Positions 54,244-64,000 of a DNA stretch of 64,000 nucleotides are shown here, piece by piece. The notes beneath the pieces are model-generated. The model was not told the origin of the DNA. It worked only from the letters and a program-made list of their open reading frames with translations, and made no database searches. Within the stretch, counting starts at the first letter, position 1. Each line of letters starts with the position of its first letter. Position numbers and translations under genes: made by a program. The stretch spans positions 11,184 to 75,183 of the forward strand of contig FLMG01002136.1 of assembly GCA_900088475.1 (NCBI GenBank), read 5' to 3'. The DNA comes from Hyphochytrium catenoides. Taxonomy: Eukaryota > Protista > Hyphochytriomycota.

Positions 54244-55227
54244 ATGGGTGAGTGAGCCTTTTTTAGCAATAGGATGGCGTCTTTTATGTGTCGAAGACCG
54301 TCTGCTGGGAGCTGGATAGGTGCCTCGTCCATAGAGAGTTGGTCTCCATCTATGGGCGTGGGCATCTGTCTACGTCTTCCTGTTTGATGTGTCTGAAAAC
54401 CTCTGCTGTATCCCCGTTGTGCAGCATTGACGACATCGTGCCATGAGTACTAAGACAAACCTCTTTACTCTCCCCACTTGCTGCTCCCTTGGCGGCTTGA
54501 CTGGGATGTTTCGCACGGTATTGTTATAGGTATCTCACGTGATTCAAGGCATAAGCGCCGTGAAACCGGCGGTAAGCGCAAGCACTACCGCAAGAAGAGA
54601 AAGTTCGAGCTCGGCCGTCAGCCAGCTAGCACCAAGGTCGGACCTAAGCGTGTTCACGTTGTCCGTTGCCGCGGTGGCAACCTCAAGTACCGTGCCCTCC
54701 GCCTGGAGACTGGTAACTTCTCTTGGGGTACCGAGGGTAAGCGCTTTTGTCACTTTGACTATTCCCCATCGCCCACCTTCTGATATCTGACCTTGCTTTG
54801 TGTATTAGGTGTTGCACGCAAGACTCGTATCCTCGGCGTCGTCTACAACGCCTCTAACAACGAGCTGGTGCGTACCAACACTCTCGTGAAGAACGCCATC
54901 ATCCAGATCGATGCTACTCCTTTCCGCCAATGGTACGAGCAGCATTATGGAATCGAGCTCGGCAAGAAGAAGGGCAAGGCTGCTAAGGAAGAGGGAGCCA
55001 CCACTGAGGCAACCAAGAAGAGCGACCACGTTCAGCGTAAGCTCGCCAAGCGCCAGAAGGACCGCACCCTGGAGTCCCACCTTGAGGACCAGTTCAACAC
55101 TGGTCGTCTATATGCGTGCATCTCATCTCGCCCCGGCCAGTGCGGTCGCGCTGATGGGTACATCCTTGAAGGCCAGGAGCTCGACTTCTACTTGAAGAAG
55201 ATCGTCTCCAAGAAGAGCAAGAAATAG
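54244..55227 (+). CDS. RPS8: 40S ribosomal protein S8 (eS8); 3 exons
   Basis: ATG G|gtgagt at 54244, intron to 54529, then [43 protein letters not shown] / [43 protein letters not shown]. Confidence 0.98.
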
Positions 55228-55764
55228 ACTCAGTGAGACTGAGAATAATGCTATCAGCGCCATCTTCGCACTCTTCCTCCTTTGTAATCTCAGCGATAAA
55301 CAAAGTTTGATACCCGTTGCTATGCTTGTGCATCTGAGTTATGACATAGGATGCATCTAACTAGGAACACAGGGAATCATAGGATCAGCAAAGTTTTCTT
55401 CCGCCATTTGCGATGATGCGGGTGTGTCCTCAATAGCTGCATAGCTCTCCATTACGGGAGGCAAAAAGATAGGTGCTATCCAGACATTTAGCAGTATCTA
55501 CTCTCAATCTTTTAACGACGGATGGCGACAGCAGCCACCAAGTTTTGCGGTAGCTACGTTAGAGGGCTAACGAGGGAAGCTAGGGCTGTACCTACCTCGC
55601 CGTGACAAATACTAAAGGGAGCTTGATCCGTAGAGTCATAAGAAGCAGCATTATCACTCAAATTAGAAGGTTCCCAGCTTTACCACTGACTAAGATCATA
55701 TATTAGAGATGTTTAGCGAGTCCTCTTATCCTCCACAAGCGACTTCTTTGCCCAACCTACGTCT

Positions 55765-58073
55765 CTACATCACCTTCTTGCTTATCGCTCGCGTCGTGGT
55801 GTGAATGACTGAATCTATGAGCCCAAGTACTGTGAAGACGCCACCAATGATGGCGCAGATGTTCGTCAGGAAGTGGTAGAACGGAATGGTCCTTGGAGTG
55901 ATCTCAACAGACATTGGGGACAGATCGTACCGGAACATGACCTATCGTACAGAGAAGTGAGGATCAACGCAAGACGCATGGCCGAACAAAGGGAAGGCCA
56001 GGACAAGTGCCAATATAAACTTAGAGCAAAGAGGTAAATCCACTATCCATACTACTCTCACGCAGAAAAGAATTCTGACAAGTGCAGAGAAATTTTGGCA
56101 CCTTTTCAAAGCGAAGAAGAAACAATGAAAGAAGCTTACCGAAGGATCATCATACTCTTCGATATATTCATTGCTGTGAGCTGTGTACTTGTAAAGGGTA
56201 ATGGTCTCTCCTGACGCCAGCCGGTAGTTATGTGTCACAACTTTCAGGTAATGCACGTATGTGTGATTCTCTCTCATCGCCACGAAACGCCTTCCCTCTA
56301 GCAAGTGAGAGTTTGCCATATCGACGGCAGCTGAGGGAAGCTTGCGCTGCTGGCTGTAGTCAAGCTTCTCCCCAAACCAAAGATTGGAGATGTAATGCGA
56401 TGCATTGGCTAAGGCTGTGCAAACCAAAAACGAACATGAGTCCATGCAACGGGAATCAGAAAGAGAATGTCAATCGTCAAGCAATACGGAGATCGGAAGG
56501 CCATGAAAGGATCAAAATATGCGAATGAGCTGAGGCTTTGGTACCAAGATTGAGTAGATCATATAAGGCTGAAGTCGGATTACCAGTGTTCACAGAAAAT
56601 CCGGGATTGGAAAGGTGAATATGGAAGTTGCCAGGAACCCTCTTGACGATCAGTTGGCCCAGGATCTGACAACCCTCAGGTCCAGGAGTGCCTAGTGTTA
56701 CAGCTGCTGGATCGCCCTACAGATACAGGCTTAGATACACTTCCTCACAAAGAGGACGGCTAGATTGCACTTGTAGCTGACATATAGAGAATTGGCAAAG
56801 GAAGTCACCAGGGCCCTTCTATTGCTCTAAGTGAAATTTAGACACTTCGCAGGTAACAGATATTACAGCTTGGAGCTTCATATGCGGCTAAGAACTAACG
56901 CAGAGTTCCTATGCCGGGGATGGCTATAAATGACCCTAATACGTACCCCTTGCTTGTCACTCTCATGGAGCTGCATCTTGACGAGCTCTGCTGGATCTTG
57001 CTCTCCATCTATAATGTCTTTTGTCTTCTTGAGGAAAGCGTCAACAGTTCTATCCCCCATGTACGCGCTGAGAGGTGTCGATTTGCCATCCCTGCCAGTC
57101 ACCATGCACTCCTCTTAGAAATGCCGCATACAACGGGCATGCTTTACGTCCCTTGCCGACAACTTACTTGAAGTAATAGATGGTTGGATAGGCTCTGATG
57201 TGCAGTTTCGCGCATAAATTGGCTTCCTGCTCGCAGTTCACCTCTGCCATCCTAACCCTCTGTCCGAAGTGTAGGGTAGGTAGGGTCTTCGCGGTCTTCT
57301 CCCACACAGGGGCCAGTCTCTGGCACCAGATGCACCTATTGAGGCCTTCATGTCAGTGCTATGATTGGCACCATTTGCTATCCGTCGCGCAATTACCAAG
57401 GGGCATAGAAGTCAACCATGACCAAGTGGTGTGCTGACAGGAAATGGTCAAAGTTTGACTCGTCTAAAGACACGCTCTCCAAGATTGCGTTCTCGTCTTC
57501 CTCCTCGACCTCCTCTATGGAGAATAGAACGGTTAGAGACATTACGTATGTCAGATCTCTTGTTTGCCAGGAACATCGTCGGGACTGACCATATTTAGGT
57601 GCGGCCTGGAACGGATTCACCACCCCAATGCTTCGTCCCTTGTGGTCCTGGCGGATCTTAAGAATGTTCTGTGTGACATTGTGCCTTCGAACACCAGTCA
57701 AATCAGAAACATCTAAGGTCGCAAGTTCACACCGGAGGTCAGGAATTGTGATGTTGAAGTTGATCTGTAGCCAAAGAGCCATTCATGACGAGCAAAATGG
57801 TTGTTAGCTACGTCCACTTTCCCTCTTCGAGCGTTTGGGCACCAACCAAATGCAGTAGTGACATACCTGAAGCATCTCATCCATCGCCTCGTCCATAACT
57901 ATGGCCGTCTGGTATTCGGTCGTAAGATAGGCGTTGAGCTCAAGGACAAATAGGAGAAGCATGACCACTAGCCCGCCAAGAGACAGATAAGCTCCCGGCA
58001 TAGTGCTAACCGTCAAGTCTTCCGGGATCTTCTTGTAGAAGTCCCATTTTCTGATAACGTCTGAGAGGCCCAT
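55765..58073 (-). CDS. ERGIC3/Erv46-family protein with an internal thioredoxin domain (PDI-C / PDIL5-3/4 type); multi-exon
   Basis: ERGIC_N: KWDFYKKIPEDLT..TM..QINFNITIPDLRCE. Thioredoxin: VDFYAPW|CIWCQRLAPVWEKTA. COPII-coated ERV domain: EGCQILGQLIVKRVPGNFHI, HYLKVVTH, FRYDLSPMSV, FYHFLTNICAIIGGVFTVLGLIDS. Confidence 0.92.
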
Positions 58074-58757
58074 CTTCTCTGGACTAGATGGAGAAAGTGG
58101 TCAGCAACTCGACCACCGTTGGACCAAATGTATCGCGTCCACCGACCTTACCAATACTTGGCAGATATATCGTGTTGCTAAATTGCTGCTGAGATGAAGA
58201 GTGAGAGCTCCTCTTCAGCTCTCAATGAGCTACAATCGGAAGGTCAATCTCTGTCTGAAGTCTGAGGCAGCAGCCCTGCACTTATAATGCTGCAGCATAG
58301 TCGAGCTCATTGGCTTTTTTGCCTCTCTGAACGTGGGCCAAGTGTCTCCATATCCAATGTGGGCAAGCCAATGCAGAATAGACCGAATGGTAGAGGAGTT
58401 CATAAAGAATAAAAGACAATATTATCCTAAATACCTTACCGTCCCAAAAAAATTCATTGATACACTCTTTTATCAGTCAAGGGAATGGCACGACAAAGAC
58501 TTACACTAAGGCTTTATAACTGTACTCGAAAAAACAAAAATAACAATGTAAATTAGCTGTATTCTATTTAGAGTATTTTATTCCGTTACTATTATTCTAG
58601 GGTACCGGCTTCTGAGATGCCAGCAGATCATTTACGATGCGTGGACAGGCAAAAAGGGCCCGAAGTGCCCGTGGACAGCCTCAGAAGAGAAACTTTTTTA
58701 CGAAACGAAAGATTCTATAGATCAAACAAAACACACATCGCTCTTGTATTAGTTCAC

Positions 58758-61700
58758 TTAGGACACTGCGGAGGGAGCGAATGGGCAGATATGACCCTTT
58801 TTAGGTTGGCCACACTTTCTGCAAGTTTTTGCCTTCTTCCTGAACTCCTCTCTCCACTGCTGTTTCTCAAACTCAGAGAGGTCAAGTTAATACTTTCGCT
58901 TCTTCTTGGGTTTTGCACTGTCAGCCTGCTGCTGCTCCTCTGACACTGCCCCTAAAGCAGCAGCATCGGGAGGGCCATCTCCTCTTTGACCACCAGCTTC
59001 AGTGGTCGACTGGGAAGGAGGAACGGCTGTCTGAATGTGCCGCAGCAGGAGGGGCGCTAGAAGTCTGCCGAGCTCAGCTTGGAGAGCATTCTCTAGAGGT
59101 GTAGCCTCAGCGGCTCCTTCAGACGAAATTGCTACAGGAGAAGGGATAGAGAAGGATGCAGAGCTTCTCTTTCCATAAGGAGATGCGGCGGTAGCGGTGG
59201 TAGCAGCTGCGGTCTGTTCTGGTATGTTTCCTTCGTTATTGGTAGTGCTGCGGGTTGCGTTGGGCGGACTCGAGGATCGCAATGCGGCAGTGAAGATTGG
59301 ACTAGGAACTGCATCGGCTGTGTATCGACTTTCTGCAGTGGGGGTAAGAAGGGTGTCGATTTCCTAACTTAGGACTAAAATGATATGCATCAAATATAAT
59401 GCTGACTCACCTACTGCTTCCGCTGCCTGCACAAAGAGATGATCATCCACTTCCTCGCTGTTTGCCGCTGCGCCTACTACTTCGGAAAAGGAGAGGTCAT
59501 CGTCGTTCTCACCGCCGGAGTAGGATCCACGATCGTAGTCTTTGTTGATACAGGGGGATAGAGAACAGCTCGTCGTCAGCTCCTGATGGAAGGACTCTTA
59601 AGCCACAGAAGTTCTTCTTACCTAGGGCATCTTCTGTTTCTCTACTAGCAGCTTCGGGTTGCTGCAACGAGTCAACTGTAGCTGGCATGGTGGGCAGTGT
59701 CGCCGCCTCATGGTTGGGTATGTTCTGCCGGTAATCCATACTGCTAGCTGATGTTGTAAGGGTTGGATCAGTAGTAGCTCCCACTGGGATATTAGGGCCA
59801 TTCTCATTTGTCGCGGTAGCTGTCTGTTGAGGGTTGTGGGCTACTACGTCTTCCGTAGGACTAGAGAGAGTCTCAACGGGAGTATAGGGCTGGTGAGGAG
59901 GGACTTGGGCATAAGTTCGTCGGGTTTCTCTCGCAAGAGCCAGCTAGTCATATCACAGTAGTTAGGAACCTTACTATACAGTGAGATGTGACTCTCCTAC
60001 CTTTTTCGAGTGGTCCTCAAGGAGATGCCTGTCCTTCAGTGTCAAGGTACTATCAAGTAGGCACTTTTCATTCCAGGCTCTAGCCATAGCCAGCCAGTTG
60101 TTTCCATACTCTACGAGAAGCTCCGCGTACGGGGCCTCCTCACGGTCGCCTGTCACTGGCTGCAAGAGTCGAGGGACCCTTAAGCGGCTCCTGCGTTGTT
60201 CAGTTCCTTCTGTCCTTCGTTGCTCACCTCCTTCTGTCGGCTGCCGGCCAAGGGTTGGAATCTGGGCACCCTCACCAGGCCCCTGAGGGGCCCCTGTTGG
60301 CGCGGACCCAATGGCTTCTTCCCTTCGTCCACTAGTCTTCGCGGTTGAGACACGTCTCAGGGCAGCCTGAACCGCAGTCGGGATACCGTACTCAGTGAAG
60401 TCTGGCGTGTCTAGAGCATGAAAGTCTTCTTCCAGTCGAAGACTTTCAAAAGCAACAGCCTGGGTTAGCGGTGAAGTAAGGTCGGCTTGGTCAAGCTCCA
60501 CAAGCTCGTCAGTATCAGGGGAGATAATCTCAAAGTCCAGTCTTCCTTCACCTACTCCAGGTAAGGGTTCGCCATTGTTGGAGACGTGGAGCCCTTGAGA
60601 TGCCATGCTTTCCTGCAGCTCTCTGAAGAACTCGCTCATGATACCGTCCATACCATACTCGCGAGTAGCCGGCGGTAAGAGTTCATGCCCTTCCATTCGC
60701 AAGCCAGGAAGAATATTCTTGCCAAACTTCTCATCGCTATCTTTTTAGTTCTAAGGAGCGGTCTGAGATCAAAAATGCCAAAGTCTTCCAATTCTCCACT
60801 CCGTTGATAGCACTTCATGTTATGAGAAGCATTAAACATCACTGTCCTTGTGTCGCCTGTTTCAGGACCGACGACTGTACCTGCCAGCACGCATTCCACA
60901 ACGGACCTGTGATAGCTCTCCAGTTTAGGGGTACCGCGAACAGTTCCGATAGTTTTGTCTGGCCTTTCAAAGTAAAGATCATCAAGAGTAAGCGGGTCAT
61001 CAGACATGCATCCCTTTGCTGCATGAGCTGCGGCATTATCAATGACCTCGAGAGCCTTGGGCCTCAGAAGTTTCTCGTTGCCGTTGGGCTGCTGTTGATC
61101 AAAACGCTCTTTCAGCATTATTAGCCTCTCCTTTAACTGAGCTGGACCAGGCACTATATATCGACATCTCTTGCGAAACCATGAGCGCTTCAGCTTCTTC
61201 GCCGCTTCAGCCGTCACTTCGCCATTCTCGATAGCGGCTTTGACCTTGGCTTCTTTGTCTGACTCGTGAATGTGGAAAAATACTGCCGAGAGTTGCGTCA
61301 TAAAAAGTCCTAGGAAAAGGTGGTAGCGAGGTCAGTCAATCGCTTTTGGCAACATAGAGGTACGTAGAGCATTTTCAGAGTCACCTCTGAGCGGATTTGT
61401 TAACTTCAGGTGAACGCCAATCAGCTGGATGGCGTGAAAGATGTCCTTGCGCACTGGAGTATTTCCAAAAACTTCTTGCAGAACAGCCCTATCACTGCAA
61501 CAGTTATCGCTAACAAAAGATATAAGCAGACGGAAGGAGACGGGGAATCCATCGTTAGTGTTATTTTCGAGAGTTGTCAATGTCAGGTTGAAGTTGCCCG
61601 CACTTTTGTGCAGCATACCTACCTCCAAATGCACTTTAGAGTAACATTCCTTGCATCAAGCCTCTCTTTGAGAAGCTTCATGGCGGGCTGAGCCTCCTTC

Positions 61701-62948
61701 AGCTTCTTCGATCGAGTCCATTGTTGAGCGAGTATTTTTCCATCTTTGGAGTCCATAATGGTGAATAGTCCAAACCATGGTCGTCGCCCGTTCTTCATTA
61801 TTATTACATGCTTGGGCAAATAGAATGTGTGATCTACACACACAGTGCTTGAGACCGCTATATCCATGACGTCAAAGCAATATTGCTTCAGGCCCCCAAT
61901 AGTCCAGGACTCGTCTAGCATGCCTCTGAGGTACTTTGGCGTAAAGTCCTGCCCGCAGTAGCCCTTCTTATCAGTGTAGGGAGAGAAGTCTGGTAGAGCT
62001 GCTGGTGGAGAAGCGTTAGCTTGTTGCCCTGATCCTGTCAGGTCCGCATCTCTGCCGGAGTCTTCTTCTCTAGCGGCGGTAGCCGCTGCAAAGGCGCCAG
62101 TGATGGTTGTTTGGTTTCTTATCCTGACAGACGATTGCCTGTCGGCGCAAAAATGCACAAATAGCTCATACTTTCGAGCGTATGACATACGCCGAATGCT
62201 ATTGAGCATTGTAGCAACGTGCGTTAGGTCCGCTCCGGTCACCGAGAGCTGCACCTTGAGGTCTAGAAGCTGCTTTGAAATGACAGAGGTTGAACAGGTG
62301 TCAATATTCTTGTCTCTTTCTAGACTTGTTGGAAACGCATACCTCATTTGTCACCGCGGACTTGGCACTTAAGTGTATCCTGAATTGTTCTCTGATAAAG
62401 GGTGGTAGCCTTTCTACAACTTCTCATTAGTAGTTAACCATTGATGACCACAACCCCTGTACAATCCTTCTCCCCCGGGACCCTTGACTCTCTTGTTCTT
62501 GTCACATAAGAGGTTTCCACTGCAGAGCCACATGATACCGGTCAAAGTCCTAACTAAACGTGGCCCATGATATCCTTTAGTCCTCCATGTTCTGGTACGC
62601 TTGCATTCAGGGCACTTCGTACTGCGCGCAACATAGTCAAACCAGAAAATGTGAGGTAGCCAGAAGGCTATGGGGACACTCCAAAAAAGGTAAAAGTCCT
62701 CAGGTTGAGGTGAAACTTTGCCGGCGGTGTCGTGAATAGTCGGGTTTGGAGGGTAGACAATGAAGTCAGGAAACTGAGTCTTGTCGATCGACGCTTTACT
62801 AAGCTGAAGATTGCCTTGGGCATTCTTCACAGAGGGCAAATGCTTCATCTTATCGTCAACAAACTTCTTGACGTAACTTGGAGCCTGCACGCTTGATGCT
62901 TGCAAAGGGGTCCACTCTGTCAGCGGCTTGATGAGAAGGACTTGCCAT
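58758..62948 (-). mobile_element. Intron-containing DUF6729-type DDE transposase gene (Mutator/hAT-like DxxH superclass) with apparent frameshifts; element termini not identified
   Basis: N-terminal FWLP..KCPEC..GYHGPRLV..C..C block (DUF6729-like); CVDHTF (D about 61833); spliced CIWSDNCC (D about 61507); RKDIFH (DxxH, 61434-61445); RGTPKLESYH (E about 60919); a SANT-like REEAPYAELL..GNNWLAMARAWN; terminal CRKCGQPKKGHIC zinc motif; AT-rich flanks. Confidence 0.75.
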
Positions 62949-63683
62949 TGTTATCTGGAGAGCCGTAGTAGCCGTCGCGAGTCGAAAGAAAGTCACCCGA
63001 GAAAAATAAGAGCCACACGCGCACCACAGTGCTAAAAACAATCTAACAAGGCAGATATCTGCGGCTGCTGCTGCTGCTGCGAGCTTTTTCCTTCTGTCAA
63101 GAAGGAGCAGGGGGTGACAACATCGACACCTCACTCATATGCAATCGGACCCTTCGTTCGTCTTCTGACACGGAAAAAGGAAGGCAAGAAGAGGGTGGTT
63201 CAACCTTCCTTCCTGAGCTGGGGCGAAGAGGAGAGAAGAGATGATTGAGTGATTGGTAATTGATGAGTTACAAGAGCGTCGTAGTGAGAGAAGAAGTTCG
63301 TAACCAAAGATATGCGCGCCAAGAGCAGTTATGAATCCGTCTTCTTCACGCCTTGAAGTCCGCCAAACCCAAGCACGTAACCAACGAAAGTATACTACAA
63401 CAGCATGAAATTTCTCGTTGGGTAGTTTTTCCCGGTTAAGCGCACTAAAACTAGCTGAGATACATACTACTAGAGGTACGTACGGTTTGGCACATAAGGT
63501 TTAACTATTCATTAGTTACCCAGAGATCGCACATCTCGAGAGCGCTACCGTGATAATTTTCAGAGAAAACCAATAACACTGTAAATCCCCAGAAAACGTT
63601 CCGCACAAGGTGGAGAGCTCTCGCTTGTGGTTATTGCTCCGGGCCCTCAATGGGTTTCACTACTCACTGCTCCCTCTAGCCCT

Positions 63684-63745
63684 TGTCTCTTCTTTTTCCT
63701 CTTCTTCTCCTCCTCCTCCTCCTCCTTTCTCCTTCTTCTTCTTCC
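63684..63745. repeat. Pyrimidine-rich simple repeat ((CCT)n/(CTT)n)
   Basis: ctttttcctcttcttctcctcctcctcctcctcctttctccttcttcttcttc. Confidence 0.85.
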
Positions 63746-64000
63746 CCGACACTTGTGCTACGTGGGTGGGGACATCTACTTTGCGCTCCCATCATTGCGG
63801 CGAGAATGATGAGTTGCTTGCAATACTGATTGAGTGCGCCGATATTTTTCTGATAAATCGACATCCCGCGTATCCGCCGAACGCGTCTGAGGATCCGTTT
63901 GTCCCGGCCTTTCTTCCCTACACTAGAAGAGATTTCAGCAAAATATACCGTTCAATATCTACGGTAATGATTATCAAAGATCATTTGACTGCGGCAATAG

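Noticed and set aside
54087-54365. 92-aa minus-strand ORF
   Set aside because: It is antisense to the RPS8 5' UTR, start codon and first intron, and shows no recognisable motif.
58428-63505. Possible terminal inverted repeats (CCTTACCGTCCCAAA near 58434 versus TTTGGCACATAAGG near 63486)
   Set aside because: The match is short and gapped, in AT-rich DNA, and has no flanking target-site duplication.
63627-64000. Open frames at the window end
   Set aside because: They are driven partly by a simple repeat, no protein was recognisable, and the window edge truncates them.
1-64000. Many 60-150 aa ORFs in the supplied track
   Set aside because: Most are antisense shadows or exon-plus-intron read-throughs of the spliced genes listed.

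Overview
Gene-dense, intron-rich eukaryotic nuclear DNA (about 48% GC, three short N gaps). It is probably from a stramenopile-type protist, which is inferred from gene content and not proven. In order: the 3' end of a Ser/Thr kinase (+); an mRNA-capping-enzyme (RNGTT-like) homologue whose triphosphatase and guanylyltransferase active sites are both degenerate and whose OB domain is missing (-); an LCLAT1/LPAT-type acyltransferase (+); a C1orf109/AIRIM-like gene (-); NAA25 (+); a membrane-anchored GH35 beta-galactosidase (-); a hypothetical gene (-); WDR47 (+); a HOS1/ELYS-like nucleoporin (-); a hypothetical gene (+); a head-to-head pair of branched-chain 2-oxoacid dehydrogenase genes (DBT E2 with two lipoyl domains on -, BCKDHB on +); a mitochondrial DnaJ (+); RPS8 (+); an ERGIC3-thioredoxin (PDI-C type) gene (-); and a spliced, frameshifted DUF6729-type DDE transposase (-). 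Gene models were assembled by eye from splice sites and recalled protein motifs; no searches were run. The best leads are the intact but catalytically degenerate capping enzyme, the BCKDH gene pair with its double-lipoyl E2, and the poorly classified transposase.
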